Assembly: GCA_013239625.1 (NCBI GenBank)
Contig: MU053369.1
Coordinates: 97,479-161,478, forward strand
DNA length: 64,000 nucleotides
Reading direction: 5' to 3'
DNA from: Lama guanicoe
Lineage: Eukaryota
Of the stretch, positions 39,552 to 50,347 are shown piece by piece (the first letter of the stretch is position 1; every line of letters starts with the position of its first letter). The notes under the pieces were generated by a model, which was not told where the DNA came from, did no database searches, and saw nothing but the letters and a program-made list of their open reading frames with translations. The position numbers were made by a program, and so were the translations under genes.

Positions 39552-41677
39552 CGCCCACCTCCCAGGAGAAGGATAAACTGGAGAAGGNNNNNNNNNNNNN
39601 NNNNNNNNNNNNNNNNNNNNNNNNNNNNNNNNNNNNNNNNNNNNGGACAGCCCCTCGCTGCCTTGGCAGCTGCCTCCGACCCCTCAGCACATCCTGCCCA
39701 CCTCCGGTGGCTAAGCTGTCAGGGAAACTGTGCTTTGCGACCTGGGGCAACAGAGGCTGCCCCCACGCCAAGCTGCGGAAGAGATGGGAGCTAAACCACC
39801 AGCTCCCAAGCAACAGGCTCCATACCCCCACCAACACCGCACCGCCCCCGCACCCTACCGCACCCCTGGGGCAATATGACCCGGAGAAGGGTGACCTGGG
39901 AATGAGAGGCAGCAGAAGCCGCCCCCATGTTAGGCCTCCAGAGAGATAGGAGCTTATCCTCCAGTTCGCCAGGGGCAGCCCGCCTCTCCTCTCCACCCTC
40001 TGATCTCACCGAGCCCACCTCCCAGGAGCAACCTGACCGGGTGTGGGGTGTCAGGCGAAACTTGGGCGGGAGGGGCCGTCCCCAGGCCAGGTCAGGGGAG
40101 AGGAGAAGTGGCCCCATTAGGCGGGGATGCTGGCCGTGGCAGCTGCCTCTGTCCCTCGACCGCATCGCGCCCGCCTCCCAGGAGCAAGCTGACCTGGAGA
40201 CGGACCTCCGGCTTCTTGGGCAGCAGAGGACGCCCCCAGGTTTGGCCGCGGGGAAGAGGAGAGCAAATTGACAGGCCCCGCGCTGCAGGTCCTCTACCTC
40301 TGCAGTCGCCACCCCCCGCACCTTAAAGGCACCGCCTAGGGCGCCCCTCCCCCAGCAGGCTGAATGGGACAGGTGTGTCTGGTGACCTAGGGCAGGAGAG
40401 GCCACTCCCACACCAGGCCATAGGGGAGAAGGGAGCCAATTCACCAGCTCCCCAAGGCAGCCCCCTACCCCCGCAGCAGCCACCATTTTTGCCCCTTGAC
40501 CTCATGGTGGTCTCCTCTAAGGAGCAGGCTGACCTGGAGATTGACGTCCGGCGAACTTGGGACAACAGGGACCGCCCCCAGGACAAACCATGGGGGGAAA
40601 TGGGAGCAAATGGACTGGCTCCATAGGAAAACCTGCCACTGCTGCCACCAACCCCAACGTACCACGCCCGCTTCCCGGGATCAGGCCGACTAGGATACAC
40701 GTGTCTTGTAACCCAGGGCAACAGAAACCGCCCCCAGGACAAGCCGCGGGGAAGATGGGAGCAAATGGGCCCGCTCCCCCGCTGCAGGCCCCCGACCCCC
40801 GCCACCCCTGCACCCTGATTACCCTGCCTCCCGCCCCCAGCAGGCAAAGTGGGACAGGGGTGTCCCGGGACCTGGCGCAGCAGAGGCCGCCTGCAGGCCA
40901 CGCTACACAGACATGGGAGCTAGTCCACAGGCTCCCCCGGGGCAGCCTCCCTATCCCCGCAGCCATCACCTTACCAGCCCCCTGACCGCACCGCACCCAT
41001 CTCCCAGGAGCAAGCTCTCCTGGAGACAGACCTCAGGCAAATCTCCGGCGGCAGAGGTCGCCCCCAGGCCAGGCCGCGGGGGAGAGAAGAAATGGAGCAG
41101 CTACCTGGAACGGTCCCCCTCCCCCTGGCGCCGCCGCCGCCGCCTCCCAGGAGCAAGCTCACCTGGAGACCTGCGTCCCGCCTCTAGGACAGCGGAGGCC
41201 GCTCCCAGGCTCGCCGCGGGGGAGAGCGGAGCGAATTGACCGGCTTCCGCGCGGCAGCCCCCTTACCCCCGTGGGTCCCGCACCTTTTTGGCACCGTTCC
41301 CACTCCGCACTCAGCAAGCTGAGTGGGACAAGCGTGTCCAGCGACCTGGGGCAGCAGAGGCCGCTCCCACGCCCGGCAGCCGGGACAAGGCAGCTATTCC
41401 ACCAGTTCGCCAGGGGCAGCCCCGCTCCGCCCCACTGCCGCTGCCGCCGCCCCCTGACCTAACCACCCCACCTCCCAGGAGCAAGCTTACCTGGAGTCCA
41501 ACATCTGGCGAATCTCTGGCGGCCAAGACCCCCCCAGGCCAGGCTGCAGGGAAGAGAGGAAATCGACCGGCTTGCCCGGGCAGCCTCCCACCCGCCGCCG
41601 CCGCCGCCGCCGCCNNNNNNNNNNNNNNNNNNNNNNNNNNNNNNGAAATCGACCGGCTTGCCCGGGCAGCCTCCCAC

Positions 41678-41715
<38 letters not shown>
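39552..41715. repeat. GC-rich diverged tandem repeat (satellite-like), ~161-bp monomer, ~13 copies, ~485-bp trimer periodicity
   Basis: The anchor CCCAGGAGCAAGCTGACCTGGAG (and variants), followed by GGCAGCAGAGGCCGCCCCCAGG and a purine-rich tract, recurs at about 39568, 39710, 39871, 40028, 40184, 40355, 40524, 40681, 40840, 41010, 41153, 41314 and 41481. Confidence 0.9.
41592..41713 (+). repeat. (GCC)n trinucleotide tracts flanking an assembly gap
   Basis: Pure CGC/GCC runs at ~41592-41614 and ~41678-41713, with a 30-N gap at 41615-41644 between them. Confidence 0.9.
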
Positions 41716-41802
41716 CCAAACCATTCCACCAGCCTCGCAGGGTCACGCTGACTGCGAGGATGTGCACTTGCCTTCTGATCCTACCCAAGTGCCTGAGCAC
41801 CT

Positions 41803-41963
41803 CCCTGCACCCCTACACTCCCTGCACTTCTGCACTCCCGGCACTTCTGCACCCCTACACCCCCGCATCCCCTGAACTGCCTGCGCCCTCCACAGCCCCT
41901 GCACCCCTGCTACCACTTACACTTTTGCACTGCCTACACTCCTGCACCCCTGCATGTCCCACA
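41803..41963 (+). repeat. Degenerate 8-9-bp tandem repeat (CCCTGCAC)n; minus strand GTGCAGGG
   Basis: cctgcacccctacactccctgcacttctgcactcccggcacttctgcacccctacac...cctgcacccctgca. Confidence 0.75.
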
Positions 41964-42839
41964 CACCACCTCTTGGGCCTGTGGCAGAGTCTCTGCTGTT
42001 AGACCAATGCACAGGAATTCACATCTTTGCCAGTATATGATGCATCAGTGGACGTCTGTGGTTGGCTGCAGGAAGGTACATGTTCCTGGTCACTAGCCTG
42101 GGCCACTAGAGTGGTCTCTGTGAGGTCATCCAGGATGGGCTCAGAGATGCTGTTTTCCGGGAAGAGAGGAGTTGAAACCGGTCTTGAGGGCAGAGCTGTG
42201 CTCACCAGGCCGTCCACGTTTCATGTTTTACACAGGGCTTGGGGAAGTGAAATGGACCCGGCCAAGTAAGACCGGCATTTTGTGCACCTACCTCAGTCCT
42301 GGGCTCTGAAGCAAACCGACTGGCTCCCACCCTCAGGGCCCATTTTGGGCACCTGAATGTTCCCTTGGAGGCATCCCATCAGTTCTCAGGAAGAAGTCTG
42401 GCTGCTTCCACCTCATGGCCCTCCCTCCCACTGTACTGGCCTCAGGAAGTTTCCTTATTTGGGGAAGAAGGCAGCCCACCCCCTACCCCACCCCTCAGCG
42501 TGCTCTCACTCAGGCTGGTGCTCTCTCTGCCCTTCAGAGTCTGGAAAGCCATCCCTCTTCAGTTATGTCCCTTCTGAGATGGACTTGCTTCCAATCAATT
42601 CTAGGCGAGGATGCACCATGGAATGCACTGGGTAAGAGAACCAAAATAAATACTTTCTTCTGTGAGGTTTTCTGTTTATCTACTGGGGCTGGGCTGCGTG
42701 TAGTTTGCTACAGCTATTCGTGCGAGAGGTTAAAGCCGCCTGTGTGTCCTTGTTTTCATCTCCCTGCTGTCTTTGGGTTTTCCCTAGACACTCCTGAGAC
42801 CTTTACTTCTTTTAATTTTATTCCTGTCATTACACAGAG

Positions 42840-43510
42840 GCCCTACTGTCATGGAGGTAAGGTGTTGGGGGAGCGGGACAGAGCAGGGCATCTGTAGTCC
42901 TGTGATTAGTTCTCATTGAGCCTGTGCCCTGAGCTGTGACTTCCACAAGTGTGTCTCTTTCCCCCCACCCCAATTTGGGTGACACAGAAGGTATTTCCCT
43001 TACGCCAGGTTGGTTAGGCTCTGGTAAAATAATTTCTCATTAAAAAAACAAACAAACAAAAACAACTTCCCCCAATGAAACAGAATGTTCTGGGTGTATT
43101 TCAATACAGTTATTTTCTCCTCTCCAGGCAGGAAGCATGAGGAGTTATCCTCTGACCTTCATTCTGAGAACAGGACACAGTCCTGGAGGTAAAATGCATG
43201 AAAAAGAGCATGGGGCCCCTCTGACTGGCCCCCTGGAGTTGTCACACTCAGACTTCCCCACGCTGAGCCTCCCGCTGGCCTCAGGGACCTGTTAAATCTG
43301 CCTGCCCCCGGGATTCTTACAAAAGCAGGTTCTGCCCTGGGAGCTGTGACTCTCCAAGCCCGCCCGATTGCCTCTCTGGTTTGGGAGCAGCTTTTCCCCA
43401 GTTTTCTGGGATCTAAGAAGAGCAGTGGGTTTGCAGCTCCCTCAGATCTGGTGTTGTTTTCAGGACAGAAGATGCAACTTCTGAGCTCCACATGAGCTGG
43501 ACCAGAGGCT
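42840..43510 (-). mobile_element. Old L1 5'-region-like fragment
   Basis: tagtcctgtgattag...gagcctgtgccctgagctgtgacttccacaagtg; family assignment from memory only. Confidence 0.45.
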
Positions 43511-46344
43511 GGAAGCCTCCCCTCCTCTGCCTCCATGCAATCAGTGGCTGTGGTTCTAGCCGAGTTTCTGAAGATGTGGATTTAAACACACACATCCCAG
43601 CCCCCACAGGAGCACACAGTCCCATAAATCCCCCTAGTTTCCACTGGTAACTATGGAGCCGATGGGGACACGGGTTTCGGGACCACAGAGGCCTGACTGC
43701 ACGACTTGCTCCGTGGCCTATTAAGGTGGTTGTTCTGGGCCTTGTCTGAAGTGGCTTGCTTACCGCACCTGGTACGTGGGAAACACAAAATAAGTACTAG
43801 AACCTTCACTATTTCTCCCTCCAGGGCCTTCAAACGTAGAAAGTAATAAGTGAACTCAGACGGCATAGTCACCACAATGAGGTCCGACCAGCCTGGCTCT
43901 CCTGAGTGATGGGCACTGACTTTCACCTTAATTCGGAACAGTAGGGGACCCGCCTACCTCTAACTGGGCCTCTCCCCACACCGGGCACGCCCTCAGCTGA
44001 GACGGGGCCAGCTCCCCCATTGAGGTGTGTGCTGGTGGCTTCAGTGTGACCTGGCCCTGCCTGGACATGAACCTGCAGTGAGTGAGGTGGAGGGTCGGAT
44101 GGAGGGGGGTCCCTTCTGGGGTGGCAGGGGGCCTGGGAGCACCCCACCCGGCCTGGTGCCTGGGGCTCCCTAACACCTCCCACAGCTCCTGGGTTGGCTC
44201 CGGTCCTGGCCACTCCACACACCCTCCCAGTATCTTTGATTTAAGTCCCTTTTTTGCTTTTATCAGCGAGAAGTGGCTTCTGTTGCTTGTTCAGTGAAAC
44301 AGTACATCGGGAAACCAGACTACTTCTAACATCAGTAAAATACCAACCTCGGTCAGCTCGCCGGGCAGACCGTGCAGCACAAAGGCCTGAACAGGGCTAA
44401 AGGGTCCTCATCATCTGTCTTCAGAGATGCAGAAGCTGGTGGTTCAGTAAAACCTCAGGGAGGGATTGAGGAATCCAAAGCTGGTTGGTTTCAAAGGCTA
44501 ACTGGTCAGACCAGACCCCTGATCTGTGGTCAGAAGCCTGGCTCAACATCACGCAGACTCAGCACCCTAAGTGCCGGGTGGGGCTGGTGGTGTTCCCTTT
44601 GCAGGCTGTCATTGGGGATTAACTGTAGCCCCTTAAATGCAGCAGAGATTCCAGCCCCCTTAGCCCCCACCCTGAGTGTTCCATGACACAAATCCCGGGA
44701 GTGTTTAATTTTCATCTTTGTTTAGGAGGATGAAGGTGGGGCAAGAGGAGACATAAATTCATACTGACTGACACAAGGTCACAGCCAGCACCTCCTCCTC
44801 GGAGAGCTATGTGCTCCACAGTAGTGGCTCGGGGCTGGGCGGAGACCCTCCGCTGGTCCCAGAGGGACTCACTCCTCTGGCCACAACTGACGGGTTGGAC
44901 AACAGATCCAGAGGGAGACAGAGCATCTTTCCTGGGAATTTGGAACTCACACACAGAAATCAAGTTCATTCATCTGGGGATTGGTGAGGGGGAAGGGCGG
45001 TGGTTGGAAATCAAATGAAACCAGAGCATGAGAGAAAGTTAGAAGTGAAAGAGAGAGAGACAGAGAGACTGAGCTTGTGAGAGCAAATAGTCAGAAAGAA
45101 GGCAAACAATCAGGGGACAGAGGAGTTCCAGCTCCTGACTGTCTAGTCTGTCCCAGCCCATCAACGACCCCGTGGGATGGTTAATATCATTCCAGTTTTG
45201 CAGATTAAGAAACGGGCTGAAAGAGGTGGGGGCTGGGTTTGGGTGCACAGTTAATTTAAGTGCCACTGGACCCCTCACTTCCCATTGCCTGAAGGCACCG
45301 TAATCCCTACTGGGACCTCTGCAGTACCCTGACCACTCAGCACCCTGATCAAAGGGCCCCTGCGGGAGTGGGAACCCCTCTGAGTGTGGAGAATTCCCTG
45401 CACTGACATGTCATGCATCAGCAGGCTACTGCTCACCCCAGGTTAACATCTCCCCAGCTGTGCAGTCTCCCGGCCCGCTTCCCTCCCTGCCAGGCAACCC
45501 CGACCTTACCACCGAGTGTACTGCAGGAATTCAGGCACAGGGATGCCCAAAGCAACACGAGCCCACCGGCTATACAAACAGCAGACTCCCAGACCCACCT
45601 GGGTTCCGAGGGGACAGTAGGCGTCCTCACCGTTCATGTGTCTAAGACAATCTTCTTCTTCAGCTGGAGGTTATAGAGAAAAATAAAAGTCAAAAACATA
45701 GTTCGGTGAGGAATTCCTCCTAGGACCTGACTCCAGAGTCTACAACCAGGTGTACCTACCCCCCGGACTTGGGGTGAAAGTGGATTATTGATCAGCACAA
45801 CCCCTGGTGGCCCAGCTCCTCAGCTTGGCTGCCCAGAGGGGGCTGGGGGAATGGGTAAGGCCAGGGCACTCAGGAAAAGCACAGAGGACATGACCACTCC
45901 CCTCTGCACTCGTAAACCCTTCCCCAAATCTCAAGGCATCGGACAGAGAGCAGCCACCACAATAAGGAGATGCTCCCATCTCTTCACTAACTCCTGTCGG
46001 TTCACTTACATGCTGAGCATCCACTGGGTCCCAGGACATGATACACAGGATGGCCAATGGGACAGGCTTGGTCCTTCCCCCTGGAACCTGTTCAATCTGA
46101 TGAAAGAATGATCACTCATAAAGAGTTTCTCAAAATTATACAGAGACCAAAGACCAACTGCAGAGTGAACCAAATTTAAAAATATATATGAAGATCCCCC
46201 AGTCTCCCCATCTAAGGTTAACAGCATAAAGCAAAAAATTCTTGCCTTTGATCACCAAGGAAGTTGTCACACCCTCTCAGGTGGAAAGGAGAGTTATTCT
46301 TTGAGCAGAACACAGAAGTGCTCCATCGGATTGGACCAGGGCAT

Positions 46345-48420
46345 GTACATTCATTCAGCAAATGTGTATAAGCTCCTACTACGTAGGGGAATTTCCTAAC
46401 TAGACCCGTTTCCAAGGCTCTCGGGCTTTATCAGTCAACAAAATAGACATGACTCCCCATCACTGGGGGCTCAGAGTTTTAGCAGAGGAAACAGGCAGCA
46501 TGTTGGGGGTAGCAAGAGTTTGGAAAAATTTTTAAAAAAAGAGTGATATGAGCAAACTCGGGTGATGGCGGCGGGGTGGGAGTCAGGCAGGAGGGAATAA
46601 GGCAATCCTGGCAGATCTCACGGAGTAACGAACTTGAAGCAGAATAGATCCGGAGGAAGAAGGAAGAGCCGGAGCCAGAGGCCCCCAGAGTGATGGGGAG
46701 AGTGTGGGCGGAGAGGCAGAGCATGCCGGATCCTGAGGCCTTTGTGACGACTTTGGCCCCTAATGAAATGGTGACCCGTTTAATGAGTTTTGAGGGGAGA
46801 AGTGATGTAGTCCAACTTATGCTTTTGTGTTTGTGTTTTCTGGGGGGAGGTAATTTATTTATTTTAATGAAGGTGCTGGGGATTGAACCCAGGATCTCAT
46901 GCATGCTAAGCATGTGCCCTACCACTGAGCTACACCCACCCCCCAATGTATGTTTTTACAGGCTCCCTCTGACTCGCTGTGGATGAGAGATTGTAGGAAA
47001 GCAAAGATGGAAACAGGAAGCTATTGGTGTCCAGGAAGGGCTGAAGGTGGCCCTTAGGAGGGCGGGGAGCAGGGAGCAGGTGGTTAATGAAGACAGAGTA
47101 TCCAGAATTTTCTAACAAGCTGGATTTGCTGTCTGTGTGTTAAAGAAAGAGAAAGGACATGGTTCCAAAATCTGGACCTGGAAAATGGGAGGGATGTCCT
47201 CTCCATCCACAGGGGATGGGACAAGGTGGGGCTGAGCAGATGGAAAGGGGCTGGTATCAGCTCAGTTCTTCAATGTCATGGTTAAGGGATGTAATACATA
47301 TTGCCACAGAAATGCCTAATAGATAGAGGAGTCTGTTTTCTTTTTCTTTTTAACATTTAAAAAATATAATTAAACATATTAATTGTATTATGTGAATGAT
47401 TTGGGAATTTTGTTTCATGCCAAGTTATATGTTATATATAGCCAAATGGAGCATATATCAGAAAAGGGGAGAAATAATGGCTTTCACATAAGCTGACTGT
47501 CCGTAACGTAGGTAAAATTTCAATAAAACCAGTTTTCAGTGCAAAAACCTCATCTCGGTGTTACATAAAAGTAAATGAAAAAGGACTATGTTGATGCATT
47601 ATTATTTCATATTACATAATAGCCCCAAACAAACACACTGTTTAACTCTGAGGCTTGTAGAAACACTATTTGCTTTATTCACATAAATACAGAAATGCAG
47701 AAAGGTTCTAAGGTAGAATAAGCATCTTAGTGGAAATAATACAGATTTGAGCATTTTACATGATACATATATTTACTGATTCAAAATTTGGAAAAGTAAT
47801 TACATAATAGAACATATGTATGAATGTGAAAGCAAGATGAATGAAAGAAAAAGAATGTGAGCCTCAGGGATAAAGGTCCAGATGGAAAGGGCAAATCAGG
47901 GAGTTTTGGAGAAATCGAGAAATTGATGGCATGCCAATTTCCAAGGCTGGGTTGCTTCCACCAATGGAATAGCAGAGAGAGAGAGGAGAGGCCCAGTAAC
48001 CAACCCTGGGGCACACCCACAGTATATGTTTGGGAAAAAAACAGGAGACATTGGCAAAGGACCAGCCAGCAGGCCAAAAGCAGAAAGACAGAGAGATGGG
48101 CTGGAGGTTGAGTGAAGCAGGAACACGGGGTAGGAGGGGTGGACGAGCTGGGTCAAATGCTGCTGAGGGGCCACGCATGATGAGGACTCAAAATTGACCA
48201 CTATATTTAGCTACATGGGGTCACTGATGGCCTTGACAGGGCAGTTTCCATAGAGCAAGGGATAAGGCGAAAAGCCAGAGTGGGTGTAAAAAGGGATGGC
48301 TCAAGAGAAGATGCAGACAGTGGGTTTAAACAACTCCTTAAAGATTTGCTGCAAAGACACAGGGTGGCAATTGGTGGGGGTGAGTTAGGGTCAAGGAGTG
48401 CTGTTCGTTTCTTTTAAGAG
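46345..48420 (-). mobile_element. Fragmented L2 LINE with a nested SINE and an AT-rich insert (~47340-47860)
   Basis: Starts cattcattcagcaaatgt (reversed L2 3' end); later ttagctacatggggtcactgatggccttgacagggcagtttc. Confidence 0.65.
46823..46944 (-). mobile_element. tRNA-Ala-derived camelid-type SINE inserted in L2
   Basis: Reverse complement reads gggggtgggtgtagctcagtggtagggcacatgcttagcatgcatgagatcctgggttcaatccccagcacc plus tail. Confidence 0.88.
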
Positions 48421-50019
48421 GATGGACCTTTATATACTGATGGGAGCCAACTAGCAGGAGAACAAAATAGATGAGGTAGTGACAGAGAGGATGGTTTTGG
48501 GAGTGACAACCCAGAGAAGATGGGAGGGATGGGGCCTCGGGGACTTTTGGAGGAGAGGAACTGGGATGTCACTTGTAATAAGCGGTGGGGCACCGAGAGT
48601 GAGGTCACAGACATCAGAAGGCGAGCGGATGTGCTGGGAGTTGCTTGTGAAATTTCTCTTCTGTTGGCTTGTTTGCTTGTTCAAAGTAGAAAAGTAACCT
48701 TACCAGCGGAGGAACGAGGAGGAAGAAAGAGTTACTGGAGCCATGAGCAGTAGATAAGAAAGAGCCTTCCAGGGAGAATGGGACAGTGAAAAGGGCAGGG
48801 GGAGATGGGGGAATGCGCTCCCAGAAAGTTACATTTTCTCTTTGACGTCCCCAAATGTGTGATGTGTGATTGCCCTTCCTGCTGTCTACAAAATAAAAAT
48901 TAAGTATGGTTCAGAGGAAATGCTATTTCATTCTAAGAGGCTGCCTGTTTCTCAGGAATGGNNNNNNNNNNNNNNNNNNNNNNNNNNNNNNNNNNNNNNN
49001 NNNNNNNNNNNNNNNNNNNNNNNNNNNNNNNNNNNNNNNNNNNNNNNNNNNNNNNNNNNNNNNNNNNNNNNNNNNNNNNNNNNNNNNNNNNNNNNNNNNN
49101 NNNNNNNNNNNNNNNNNNNNNNNNNNNNNNNNNNNNNNNNNNNNNNNNNNNNNNNNTATCCTTTTCTTCCATGGCTTCCTTAATATGCAGTTCCCCTTGG
49201 AATTTAAGAATGTCTGGTATAAGAAGTGAGAAACAGTTTGAGAAAATCCCGGCACAGAATTACACAGCACAACCGCATCTCACAAGTATATACAGCCGTA
49301 AAACAGTTTAAAAGCAAAACTCCGTAACTACTCTTAAAGACCTTTGCAAACCTGGGCCTGCCAAGATGTTTCCAAACTGGAAAGGAACTCCAATCACTAG
49401 CCAGGTACCGGGACCAGAGGTTGGTCAGTCTTTTCTGTAAAAGCGAGAGAGTAAATATTTTCAGTTTTACAGATCATTTTGTTGTAACCATGCAGGTCTG
49501 CAATAAGAAAGCTAAGAGCACTGGGAGACAGGAAACAAATGGGCATGCCCACATCCTCTCTTCCACTCAGGGCAGCTTCTCTGTGGTGAGGAGCTTTGCC
49601 ACAATCACTTGCTTCTTTGTTTCTGATGGTTTCTTTGTTTCCACCTTACTGCTCAAGCTCAGAACTTCAGGTGGGCCTGGTCCTTCTGCATCCATGCAGA
49701 GAGAAGGGTGAGCGGGGGTGGGAACCCCACCTGATGGATTAGAGAGATTGCTGGGAGGGACACTGCAATGGCCACCATGACACGAGACAATCACACCTTC
49801 CAGGGTGAAAGGGAATGAAGACAAGGGAGGGACACAGCAGTGGGACCCCAAGGTTGCCTGCCAGGCTTGCTCTCCCTCCACGGCCACCCTGGGGGCCTGG
49901 GTGGTGTTGGAACTCAGCTACAGTGATTAGGCTGAGGGGACTCAGGATAAAGGACCCTCCACCTCCTCACTAGGTTCCAAACGCAGCCCCTCTATGTCCA
50001 CCCTCTGAGTTTCTGGAAC

Positions 50020-50347
50020 TCAGCTGGAAGAATATATGAGCAGGCCAGACCCAGAGCCCAAGCCAAACATGACAGGGGTCACGTGGGGTTGTAACCCCGT
50101 GCTCAGTGGTCGGGGACTCCTTGCAAATCTGCAGAAATCCCTGTTCTGCCTCATTCCTGGGAGAAACCCCACATCTCCTTCTGCTCTGTTAGTTCTTCTC
50201 TTGAGGCTATTGTCCTGGAGGGATGCAGAGTCCTTGAACCTAGCCCTCCAAACGTACATAAGCAGACTGTTCAATAAAACAAATTATGCACTTTTTCACA
50301 TTTGCCAGTTTTTTGATTCCAGAAAGGCTTTGGGACTCATTCTCACA
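50020..50347 (+). mobile_element. Probable old LTR fragment
   Basis: acataagcagactgttcaataaaac...gggactcattctcaca; poly(A) signal and CA end; left boundary uncertain. Confidence 0.4.

Noticed and set aside
40985..41545. 53-54-nt exon-like units suggesting a collagen gene
   Set aside because: No Gly-X-Y periodicity in the units I translated, and most units have CGG rather than CAG at the acceptor position.
39552..41715. CRISPR-like repeat-spacer array
   Set aside because: Mammalian DNA; whole monomers are homologous, with no unique spacers and no cas genes.
39397..42002. Many long overlapping ORFs (up to 231 aa) on both strands
   Set aside because: Expected from stop-poor GC-rich tandem repeat; low-complexity products, some crossing N gaps.
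46872..46944. tRNA-Ala(AGC) gene (also at 18.96, 24.09 and 35.73 kb)
   Set aside because: Stem mismatches, family-specific 3' extension and A-rich tails indicate SINEs.
2062..49311. ORFs containing long X runs
   Set aside because: Artefacts of assembly gaps (2078-2342, 11689-11910, 19110-19332, 23740-23853, 39588-39644, 41615-41644, 48962-49156).
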